Below are positions 49,334-61,900 of a DNA stretch of 64,000 nucleotides, piece by piece. The DNA lies in contig CAJINV010000011.1 in assembly GCA_905178155.1 (NCBI GenBank), positions 1,757,216-1,821,215 on the forward strand. The letters run 5' to 3'. The notes under the pieces were generated by a model, which saw nothing but the letters and a program-made list of their open reading frames with translations, was not told the origin of the DNA and did not search any database. The DNA comes from Amoebophrya sp. A120 (taxonomy: Eukaryota > Protista > Dinoflagellata). Every line of letters begins with the position of its first letter. Position 1 is the first letter of the stretch. Both the position numbers and the translations under genes were made by a program.

Positions 49334-49976
49334 TGTTCTTCTTGCGTCTAGGATATTACGAAAGATTCATTTGCTAGACTATCGACAATTCAATGGTCCT
49401 GGCGACGTCGTGTAGCAATTGCAAGATAACGATGAAACTGTTGTAGCGAAGATTTAGCGATAAGATTTTTCGTGATAAGGTTAACGTCGTATAAAGTGAA
49501 TAAGATGCTTGCTATTTCTGTTGGACAAAAGATGCTATAATTAATTCAATCACACTCTACTACAACTTCTGCGTATAATAATTGATGCTGAAACCTACTC
49601 TGGACAAATTTGTTCTGCGACTGCATTCTGATAACGTGATCCTAACAAAACGCGTCCGCCTTCTGTGGTAGTGGTCTAACTTTAAAACTTTATAAAGCTT
49701 TTGCTTTTATTTTGGTCGACTCAATAAATACAACACCATCTTCGGGAGACGAGGACGACCTTGTTAGTTCGAGAAACTTGTCGTAAAATGGAACCGTGAA
49801 ACCATAGAACCTTCGAGAAATAACGTACTACCGCAATACAACTACCTAGTAGTACAACGCTAGGATAAAAATTGCGTGGTTTAATTTCAACATCAGCATA
49901 CTTACTTTCACCGCTTTTCATTTCCCAGCATTTTTATTCCACTCCGTCCGCCCCATTTGATGTTCCACCCATCTTC

Positions 49977-52900
49977 TCACGTCCGCAAGGCCAGGAAGGC
50001 GGCCACACCCGCGCGGATCCACTTCTCCTTCAACTCTCCCGGTTCGTCTGACGGGACTTCTAAGTACAGCACAAAGTTCGTACTGTGACCCGTAGTCATC
50101 AAGACACCTCGACGGGACAACACCTTGTACACCGGGCACCGGTAGCAGTTATCCTGAGTAAAAACGTCCCCACACCAGAGTCAAGATGGGGAATCTGCTA
50201 GACAAATCAAGCAGATTCGGTTGCTTCGCATGACAAGTTTGTCCTCGTAATAAATGTGATCCTGTTTAGCTAGTTCAGCAGCATCAGAGATCTAGCACAT
50301 CCTGCTGTCTCTAGCATCACAAATTCCAAAACACGTTTAGAAAATGATTTCCATGGGGCTCCGCATGGGAAACTTTTCTGGCATGCAGATCTGCCTGACA
50401 ACTCTGGGGTTGGAACGTTTTTCCTCAGGATAGCAGTTCTCCGGGGTTTTCCGGTCCAGCTGCGGAGAAAAGTGCATCACCGGCATCGGCGTGTAGAGAA
50501 CTTTCGGCTCGGAGGGGCGTAAATACTTTGCCTTGTTGCAGAACCGCGCGCCCTCCAGGAACAGCCCCCATACGTAAATACCGTCCTCGGGGGGCGTTTT
50601 GAAGTCGGTGGACACAAGATCGCCGTCCTGCAATATCGCAAGAAAAAACTGTTTCACTGTAAACTTGTAATGCAGAAAATGTATCTGTCTTGCTACACAT
50701 GCAAGACACTAGATTTTTAGCTGTGTTTTCCCTTAGGAATCTCGCATGGCAAATTTTCTCTGTGATGTAGAACAGCCTTGTGATGCAAATAAACTTGCAA
50801 AATCCTATACAGTGAAACACTTTTTTCGTACGATATGCAACAAGTACAGAAATTCCAGCCGGTCAATCTCGAAGTTGTACTTCCTCGCGTGGTTTTGCAG
50901 CGCCCCGGTCAGTATCAAATGTAAAAATGTCTGGGTCTGGAAGGGTGTAGACTTGTCATGCCGATTTTCCATGACCCATGAGGTCTGGAATGCGGCACTT
51001 AGCATGGCAGACTCTGCGAGGTCTCTGCCATGCCTATTCTGCATGAGAAACTCCGGCCCAACTTGGTCAAAAGTGGACAGCTTTTGGCACTCATGCAACA
51101 CAGATTTTTGCATGCTTCAGATTTACCATGACAAGTTGCAATCTACCAGACCCAGACACTTTTGCAATTCATAGTCAGGAACGCCTGCGGAAAAAAGAAT
51201 CCGCTGACCCAGAAGATTGGCGGCTTCGCGTTCTGCAGCCAGTCCGTGAGGAAATCCAGCCTCGCGGTCAGGTCGAGCTGCCACGCGGAGAGAGGTTTCA
51301 AAGACAAAAAGCCCTTGTCCGCCCACATGGAGGGGACTTGGTTCAAAAACATCTCGTTCCCCATTTGCTCCAACTCGGAACTCATGACCACCAACCCTTT
51401 CAGCGCCTTGCGGAAGGTCGGGATCGCCTTGTGCATCGTGCCGAGGAGTTTGTTGTACCGAATCGCTTCCTGTTATGAGAGTGCACAACTCCCCCGCGTT
51501 CTCATTTCTCATGCAAAATCCCAAATCCAGTCTGTTCCTCCTGTCACTATTGTGCATGACAAGTTCTGGCACTAGCCCAAATAGCACTACACTCCAGTAG
51601 TGTAAATTTGTCATGCAGACACGGCATTCTTTTTCTTGCTGATGCTTGTATTGCCGTTTATGCTATACAAATGAGGGGGGTGTTGTGCACTGTCATACCT
51701 GTTTCAGCACCGTGTTCATGGACTCCTCGTACATGGTCGGGTACTTCTTCTATCAAATGCAAATAGGATCTGGAAGGATGCAAGGTTTGTCAATTGTCAT
51801 GCACATTTTGCATGACTCCTGATGTCTGTGATGCATGCCCTAGCATCACATATTTTGTGAGGGCTTCCTGATGCCTATACAGCATGAGAAATGCCCACCT
51901 CTCGTCGCCGTGGCAAAAACTGGACCTCTACTTTCGCTGTTCATGCAATACAGATTTTTGTAAAATCCAAATGCAGCATCACAAGTTGCATCCTTGCCGA
52001 CCCAGACATATTTGCAATGCATATCTTCTCCAGGAAGTCGATGTCGTACTCCGGCGGAATCCGGTCGAGCACGGCTTTCGCCGTGTCCTCCATCACGTCC
52101 TCCTTGGACCGGCCACCGCCCCCGGACCCGGACTTCGCGTATACGGCTACGATGCCCGCGAGCAATATCCTGTGTAAAAACGTCCCCGCCACCCCATAGC
52201 TGTCATGCAAATCTGCATGCTTAAAATGCCTCTCTTCATGCGGAGCCCCATGAGACGCATTTTCTTTTCGGGTTGTGGATTTTGTGACCACGCTCGCATC
52301 AGCATGATATGCGAGGTCTGTGATGTTGCTAAACTACCTAAATAGGATTTCTGCACTATGATGCAAAACTTGTCATGCGCAAAAGCCAAAGCTGTTTGAC
52401 TTGTCTAGCAACTTTCCCATCTAGACTGTGGGGTCGGGACGTTTATTTTACACGGGATATGCAAGGCCAGCGCCTCGCCTTCCGCGGTCGAAATCGCGCA
52501 GTTCTCGTCCATGCCGAAGGCCTCGGGACTGGGAGATAGGGGCAGGTTGCGGATATACTCCATGTACTCCTCCATAGTGTCATAAAGCGGAGCGTAATAC
52601 AGGCCTGACAATTGTGTTCATTTGAATAGTTGTCAACACACCTAGAACTAGCACCAGGGCCATCATAGCCTTTTCAACATTTCCGCACTTATTTTAGCGC
52701 CAAATACTTATATTATCAGTGCGAAAACTACAAGCGATTGTGTTGCAAGACAATGACAAACAAAGTTTCTGATGCGAGCAGAATTGCAAAAGAAGAAGCC
52801 ATAGGTCGACAGCACTGTACAGCGGCTCTCGTCCTCTTGACGTCACTCAGAAGCAGCACGACATTCATAACATCAAGTTGTAGAAGTACTTAATACCTGA

Positions 52901-55900
52901 GTCCGAGAATTTGTATTCCGGGTCGTTAATCGTCTCCATGTTGACATATTTTCCCAGAATACAGGTTACTAACTATCCTATGTAAAAACGTACCCACCCC
53001 ATAGTCAAGATGGGGAATCGGCTAGACAAGTCCACGAGTTTTGGCTGTTTCGCATGACAAATTTGGCCTCGTACTCGTAGTGTAATGCTGTTTAGCTATT
53101 TAAGCAGCATAACAGGTCTAGCACATCATGCTGATTGGCGCATTACAGATTCCGAAACACGCGTAGAAAATGCCTCTCATAGGGCTCCGCATGAGAAATG
53201 TTTTGTTTTCAGCATACAGATTTGCATGACAACTCTGGGGTGGGAACGTTTTTACAAATGATACTAACCGCTTGTCCTGCGCATCCGTGACCCGTCCGCC
53301 GTAGTTGATCGACGCTCCTAGGAAGAGCAGCACCTTAATTGGCACTTCCTCGTACTGATATGCAATACAAATTATTTTTCCCGTGCTGCACTTCGTTGTA
53401 CCAATAACTGTGACTGTCTGTATAACGGATTTCGCTATACTTTGACTATAGAGTGGTCGTGTAGTCCGAGTCCCACACCTTGTCATGCTGACAGACTAGG
53501 ATTTTTAAAGGCAAATTTTGTCATGCAGAAACACAAACAGCATGATTTGTACGTCGTCGTGCACGGGAATGGGAACGGGAAATTTTTTTCTGCATAACTG
53601 GTTGATGAAACTCATCAACTGTCTCTTGCACGTCGTCAAGTCTTCCGTCGTAAATCCGTAGGGGATGTTCCACCCGATCGGCCCGAACTTTCTCCTATCC
53701 TGGATGACCGCGTGAAAGAAGCAAAAGGAGAAGAGGAGCTTCTTGAAGGTCTCTGGCTTGTTTGACTCCGTGATATACTCGTCGGAAAAGCCGGAGTAGG
53801 AGCGGAGCAAATTCGCCCGCAACCCCTTCGGCGGTTCGTTCGTCTATCCAGTGCGAAAGCATCGTACTCGTACTAATACTAATTGCAAATATGCATGACA
53901 AATCTTCACTTCTTTCTAAGGTAAAACAGCATTACAAATTGCGTTTCTCATGCTGAGCAAATTTGTAATGCAATTTGTACTAGAAGTGCGATGCTTTTGC
54001 ATTGCATATCGTCATTTTCACACCGATTTGCAGCACCTGCACCGGGAACGCGATGCTCGGCATGGACGTGAGCCAGAGGCGGAAGTTGCTGTTGATGTTA
54101 TCCGGGTTGAACTGTTCCACGATCGATTCCAACTTGGGCATCCAGGAGATCGCTAAGTGGCAGTTCTGGAGCAGCACCCAACTCCCCGTGTGCACCCCGT
54201 TTTCGATCAAGGCCGCCGCCTTCGGACCCTGCCCCTGGCCGAGCGAGATCATGTCGAGTTTCTTGCTCATGCCCATCTTCTCCGCGAACCCAATGACGTC
54301 GCCGACCGGATCGGACCCGGACACTAAAATGAAGATCAACGGTGTGATGTTCATGGAGTCGCCGAAGGATTTCTGGTATGCATTGCAAAAGCATCGCCCT
54401 CGTAGCAAAAATTTAAATTATTGCAGTCAGGCATTACAAATGTCCACACCAAGGCAAAACAGCATGACAAATCCCACATCGCACCCTGAGAAAATTTGTC
54501 ATGCGATTTCTACTAGTACGAAGGATGTTTGCTTTTGCGATTGATATCTGGATGTCAAAAGTCGGGGGCTCGACGAACTTCTTTCCGATCTGCGCGGCGA
54601 TAAATTGGACGATCGCGAGCGTCAATCTCGACAACCGCATCGCTCGGAGGAAGCAAAGATGCTCCAGCATGTCTAACTTCTCCTCCCACGGACCGGGAAT
54701 CGGCTCCTTCTCCGCCTCAATCGCGTCGTAGATTCGCCGAAACTCCGTCACGTTTGCGGAAAAGTATTCGCTGAAGCCGTCGAAGGCGGGGAGTTTACTG
54801 ACCGTCAAGATTTCATTCCACATGCTCTTGCTGACCCAATCCGCCGGCACCGGTGGTCCGCCGGTCGCGAGGTCCGAGGTCGGACCGGTTAGGAGGAAGG
54901 AAACCTCGCTGTCGTTCAAATTGTTGTCGCCCGCTAACAGTCGCAGACACAACGCGAAGGAGAACATGAGTTTGTCCTTTTCAAACAACCCCCGGCACAC
55001 GTTCTGGTAGAGTGACTCCGTGAAGTAGTCCTTCAGTATGTCTAACCTCTCGTCCAACACGTCCGACTTCGTACTCTGGTCAATCCTATCCTGTGCAAAA
55101 GTATCGTACTCGTAGTAATCGCATTCATGCATCACAAATGATCTACTTGATAAGATAAATCAGCATTACAAATTCAATTTGTAATGCTGAGCCAATTTGT
55201 ATTTTGTATTGCGATTTATAGATACTAGTACGATACTTTTGCAATGCATAAATCCCGATCGCGAACAGGTTCTGGAACCACTGGAGGGAATATGACAGTG
55301 CACAACTCCCCCTCCCCCTCATTTGTGTTGCATGAACAGCAACACAAGCGCTGGCAAGGATGCAGCTTTTGCATGACAAATCCTTAGGAGATTGTCGTGC
55401 TGTTTCGGATTCCGAAATCTGTCATGCAAACAGTACTAACAGGCAAAGGGTGGATTTGGAATTTTGCATGACAAACGAGGGGGAGGTGGAGTAGTGCACT
55501 TTCATAGGGAAAATTGGTACATGGGATCCACGTTGGACAATTCGACAATTCCAAAGAACAGAACAGAAGCCCGGTACGCGACGGTTCGGTAGGATTCCCT
55601 CGCTTCGTCGATTTCCTTTTCCGTCACCGCGGCCTCCTTCTTCTTCTGGTTAATCTCCGTCGCGGTGGCCTTCGACGCGTAGATGACGTTGATCAGCTTG
55701 TCGTCTTCCAAAACGTCGCCCTCGGTATCAAATGCAAAAATGTCTGGGTCTGAAAGAATGCAACTTTTCATGCTAAATCTGATTCATGAAAAAATCTGTG
55801 TTGCATGACTACCAAAAGTCGTCCAGTCTTGACCACGTCGCGTCGTATCGTTTTGAACTTTGACTCCTGTCAGGGCGGCGTTAGAACAGATTTAGCCTCT

Positions 55901-58900
55901 GCCAATACCGTGGCGTTAGAACAGATTTAGCCTCTGCCAATACCCCTAGGTGGGCACCCGTTCCACGTCCTACAGGTACCACCCGACCGCATCCGCCGAA
56001 CCGTTTCCGATTTCTTACGCGTGCATACGGCCAGTGGGCGCTAGATGTGGCTGGCCTGCTTTACCAGCCAAGCCCGCGAGCAAGGTGGAGCTCCAGCGTT
56101 GCCTTGTTGGGTTATTCTTACAAACGTTGAACGCTACTGCTTCTGTGGTCGGTTGCGCGCTAGAATATACTGGGGGTCTATTGGTCACACACGTTGACCC
56201 TATCACGATGACGGACAACCCCAAAGCATGCCCCTTTCAAGCACCTTACCGACCTATTTCCGCGCACCCTTTTTTTGCGCATAGGTAGAGTCGGACTTTG
56301 GAGCTCCGCGTTAGCGGAGCCGCCACCGCGCCCGCCCCGGGGGGGCCCCTTGGGGAAGGGGGGCGCTGCCTTAGCGCAGTCTTTAATCTAGCAACCCTGT
56401 TCCCACTCTCAAGTAAAAGACTCGCGCCGACGACGACGGGATAGCAGCGCCGTGCCTACCGGCTGGCGAGGACGAGATGATGAGCAGCGCCGTGCCTTTC
56501 GGCTGGCGGGAACGGGGCCCTTGCGGGCTAGCTGAGACGACCAAAGGGACCATTTTCTTTTTTCTTCTTTTTTTTTTTTCTTTCCTCTTTTTCCTCTTTC
56601 GGGAGGGAGTTTCTCATGCAAGATAGGCATGAGAGAGATCGCACAGAATCTGTCATGCTAGGTCCTGCATTCCAGACCTCATGGGTCATGGAAAAGCTCC
56701 ATGACAAATCGCGCACTCTTCCAGACCCAGACACTCTTACATTTGATACTCGGACGTAGCTAACAAATGCAGAATTTCGTCCTCGATCTCCTTCAGTTGC
56801 TTGTTCATTTTCGCGTTCTGCGTCACCAACATCTCCTTAGCCTCCTGGAGGTCCGCGCGCTCCTTCCCGACCAGAATACCCAACATCTGATCCTCGAGCC
56901 CCACGGGCGTGATCGCGAAGTTCAGTAGTGTGACCTTCACTGAGGTCTCCGGGGAGTAGTGGGGATTTGGGAGTGTTGTCGTCATGAAGAAGCGGAAGGT
57001 ATCCCCGTAATTCACGGACTTGTCACCGAGCCGGATGATGTAGCTGGATCCTTCCTTCACCTTGTTCTGCAGTAAAACCGGTTCCAACGCCGGGTCCAGC
57101 GTGATCCCGATGTTTTCTAGCAGAATCCACTTCCCGAACTGAATCCCGAGCTCCAAGGTGCGTAAAAACGAAGAATCTGACAGTTTCACGATGTCAATTC
57201 CGGTTTCGATCTGCTTCCCCATGTTCTTGATGTACTTGTTCGCCTGTCGTTGCGGGTCGATCATCAGCGGCCATCGGTATCAAATGCAAAAGTGTCTGGG
57301 TCTGGAAACTTGTGATGCTGGGTGGCGTATCATGATGAGGCCACAGGTGCTGGCTCAGCATGACAAGTTTCTGAGCTTCTAGGTGATGCCTATTCTGCAT
57401 GACAGACTGCGCCTCTGCATGGCAGAAAAATGGAGCTCTTCCGTAACTAACGTGCATGACAGATTCAAGAGTCATGCCAGACAAGCATGACAAACATGCA
57501 TTCTTCCAGACCCAGACATTTTTGCAATTGATAATCGGCGGGACTTGTCGATGATGATCGCGTTTTCGATGGACAAGTCATCGTTCGGTAGTTGGTATCC
57601 TGTGCAAAAGTTAGTATCGTAGCTTTGTGCATTACAGATCTTTTTAAACCTGCTGATCTAGCATGACAAATTCCATTTTTGTTCTTGGCAATAAAATTTG
57701 TAATGCAATCCCCACTAAGCACGATAGTACTTTTGTGATGCATAGTTGGCACACGATCCACCCCTGGATTTTCACGGGCTCGCCCAACACCTGCGCCATG
57801 GAAGTGCCCGGCGAGAACTTCATTTCGTTCTCTTCCAAACAGTACCAAATGCAAAAGTGTCTGGGTGTTGAAGAGTGCGAATTTGTGATGCGCATTTCAC
57901 ATCAACACAGACAAATCTCTCATGCATAGGCAGCAAAAGACGTCCACTTCCTGTCACCAAAGTGGGGGATTTGTCATGCGGATTAAGCAATAGACAATAG
58001 ACACCCAAAAATAGGTCGTGTCATGCGGATTAAGCAATGCGGAAGCTTCACGAAATCTGTGATGCTAGGGCTTCCATGACAGACATTCTGTGTCATGCAA
58101 AAACAGCATGATTCTTCCAGACCCAGATGACATATTTGCATTTGATAAACAGCTCCTCCACGTGTTCTCAAGTTCCGCGCGGTACCGCGCCGTGAAGGGG
58201 CCAGAGTAACTGATAGCCCCGGCGGCCACCATGCTGTCGCCGGGGAGGAGCTCGTAGGAGGCGGTGAGCTGCTCTACGTTCTCACCCCATCTCGCTTTCT
58301 CGCCCCCCAAACCGCCGATCAACTTGTTCGCGCGAACCAGTTTCTTCGCGCAAGTATCAGAATCTCTTTCTAACTGGTCCTTTTTCGCCACCGCGCCGCT
58401 GAACTCAGATTCGAGCTTCGCGATCTTTTGATTCACCTCCGCCAGTTCCGCCTGTGCCTTGGCCAGCTTCGCCTGGCCCACCGCTAGCTCCTCCTCCGCC
58501 CCGCGGAGCTTCTGCCGCTTCGGCTCCACCTATGACAGTGCCCAACTCCCCCTCGTGGTCCTCCTCGTTTGAATGTGGCATGAGCCGCAACACAAGCAAC
58601 GCCAGAAATGTGGCTTCCGCATGACAAATCTTCTGGTGCATACGGATTGTAGTTGTGCCGAAATTTGTGATGCTAAAACAACCGCACCGACATCGCCATT
58701 GTCCATTATCGCTGGGGAAGCAAGCCTCCGCAGGCGCTGGAACGGCATAGGGTCAGAACCGCGAAAACATCGCGCGTATACCGAAATTTGTGATGCAAAC
58801 TGTGCTTCGCGGCAAGCGCAAGATCGATGTAGTCTTGGTATTTGGCATTACAAATGACGGGGAGATGGAGTTGTGCACGACTCGGATACCACCGCCTTCG

Positions 58901-61900
58901 CCACATGGTGGTACTTATACATGGCTCGCGTCCACATGCACATCGCCTCGCACGCCACGGAGGCGCGCTTGATGGCCGCCGGGTCGAAGTCCTCCCGCTC
59001 CATGTAGGGGTTGATCTTCGAGATCACACTTTCCGGGATGTTGTCCCTGTCAAACCCGAACAGGTTGTCCAGCAGCTTTTTTGGGTCGTTCAGAACGTTC
59101 AACTTCGACGCCTCCCAATAGTCGTCAATTTTTTTCCCCGGTCGCTCCGGGTCGTTCTTCTTGACCGGGGGAATTTGTATGCATTGCAAAAGTGTCTGGG
59201 TCTCGAAGACTGCTAGTTTGTGGTCATGCTTTTGCTTGTGGTCTCGCATAACTCTATATAACGTTTGGATTTCGTGCAGCAGCGCAGTTTGCCATGCGGA
59301 ACGCGCAACACATAGCACCAGCTCCAAAACTTGAAGTGCTTGGCTGTGTATTGCAGTGCGCCCATCACTGGCAGACCTGCGTCACAAGTTTCCAGACCCA
59401 GACATATTTGTATTTGATAACTTGAAACATGATGCAAATCGACTCCATAGTCAATTTCACACCGGACGGCGGGTTCGCGAGGGCTTTCACCTGATAGAAG
59501 ATTTGATAAAATTTATTCAGATCTTTTTGTTTTTGTCAGTGACAAAACTACATGCTTGGCGGAGGAGGTGCAGAACAAAGACCTACGAGTCCTCTGGTCG
59601 TTGGTTTCTGCATGAAACGCTGTGATTGTGAAGAGGATGCAGCGGTGATCATGAGCAGGAGCAGGTGCCAAGAACAGATGAACTCCGCCTTTTCATTATA
59701 CCTCACGCAAGTGGTCCATCTTCAACCTCTTCAGACATTGGACTGCCTGTTCCAAAGCTGGCAGTGCCTCGTCCAAATCGCGTTGCGCGTCCTCTTTGAT
59801 CGCGGTACACTGCTCGGAGATCTCCAACGCAGCTTTCTCCTCAACTGCACAGGTTTCCTGCACCACCGTAGCGGCCTCTTTGTCCCTGGATTTTTTATGT
59901 GATACAGCATGCGTCAGCACTTTTTCACTTTGCTTTTAGTTTTACTAGAACCGTCACGGAAACGAAACCGCCTTGGTGCATAGTAAACAGAAACTGATAC
60001 ACGAGAAAATGCAAAATGAAAAGGAGCACGCGACGAAATCAAAATAAAAAATTCTGTACCTTGCAATGACCACCATCATCTCTTCGACCTCCTTACTGGT
60101 TTTTTCCAAGACCGGCTGCATGGCCTTCAGATCTTCCTGCAACCCGTTCACTTGCAGTTCGGCGGAGGAAATCTTATCCAACCCGACCTGGTACTATGAG
60201 AGTGCACAACTCCCCGTCCCCCTCATTTGTATAGCAAGAACGGGAACACAAACACCAGCACACGTGGATGCTATGCATGACAAATTTGTGTACCTAGTGT
60301 AGTACTGTTTGGGCTTCCGGAATTTGTCATGCAAACAGTGCTACAAGGCAGCGACTGGATTTAGGATTTTGCATGACAAATGAGGGGGAGGGGGACGGGG
60401 AGTTGTGCACTGTCATAGGTACCGGTGCTTGTACCCCCCGACCTCGTTCCGCTTCATCTCGAGGATTATCAACTGTAAAAATGTCTGGGTCTGGAAGATT
60501 TCCAGGTTTGTCATGCATATTTCGCATGGGCTATGATGCCTGTAATGTATGACCTAGCATGACAGATTTTTTGCGGGTATCTTGATGCCTATCCCGCATG
60601 ACAAATGCCCTCTCCGCGGAGCAAAAACTGGACGCCTCTTCCTGCTCATGCAATACAGATTTTCTTAGATTCCAAAAATAGCATCACAAGTTGCATTCTT
60701 CCAGACCCAGACATTTTTGCAATCCATAAGGATTTTTTTGAAACTGGAAAGCAGTTCCAGGTAACTGGTCGGCGTGACGTAGACGAAGCGCTTTTCCCGG
60801 TCCAGGAAGTCCGCTTGGACTTTTTCGACGGATTGATGGATAATCTGTTCCATAGTTTATTCTTGTGCTGTTAATAGACTTAGAGGAAGATCAACATGCG
60901 GAATCTAGAGAGGTCATTGCAATGTAAAAAAAAGGTACTTGTTGTGGGTGTCAACAACGACATGGAGGACGATGGCCTACTTATTAAAAACGTTTTTATG
61001 AATATGTACCTTGAACATATTCACAGTTCCCTCCAAATTTGGTAATTTCAAATCCGTCAAGGTCATCTGCTGCTTGGCCACCGCGTACAGCGCCTCTGCG
61101 GGCCACTCCCTGAACCAATCGATGGTGCAGCAATTCACCAGCGACGGGAACATTCTCAGTCGGTTCCGGAACGCGTCGCCAATCGGCGAAAACGCCAGTA
61201 TATCAAATGCAAAAGTGTCTGGGCCTGGAAGAATGCAAGTTTGTCATGCAGCTTTTCCATGACCCACGAGGTGTGGACGAATGCAGGACCTAGCATGACA
61301 GATTCTGTGCGATCTCTATCGTGCCTATCCTGCATGAGAAAGTCCCTCCCGACTTGGTCGAAAACTGGCCGACTTGTGGTAATCATGCAACACAGATTTT
61401 TATTTTGCATGATTCAGATTTAGCATGACAAGTTGCATTCTTTCAGACCCAGACATTTTTGCATTTGATACAGTACCACGTGCACGTTTGCCTTCACCCG
61501 GGATAAATACGCCGCGAAGATATTTGTCTTGGTCGGCTGCAGGCCCAACTGCTGGCATGCGGGGCGGCAGGCGACGTATCAAATGTAAAAATGTCTGGGT
61601 CTGGAAGAGTCATGCTGTTTCTGCATGACGCAGAAGGTCTGGCATGGAAGCTCTAGCATCACAGGTTTCGAGAAGCTTCCGCAATGCCGAATCCGCATGA
61701 CACATCCCCCACTCTGGTGACAGAAAGTGAGCAGCTTTTGCTGCCTGTGCATCAGAGATTTTTGTGTGTTCTGAAATGCGCATCACAAGTTACATCCTTC
61801 CAGACCCAGAAACTTTTACACTTGATACGACGCCAATCTGGTCCATGTCCTCCTGGTTGTACAGATTTGGCACATATCCTGAGTAAAAACGTACCCACGC

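Noticed and set aside
55877-55944. 33-bp duplicate as a mini-CRISPR
   Set aside because: Only two copies, separated by 2 nt, with no spacer.
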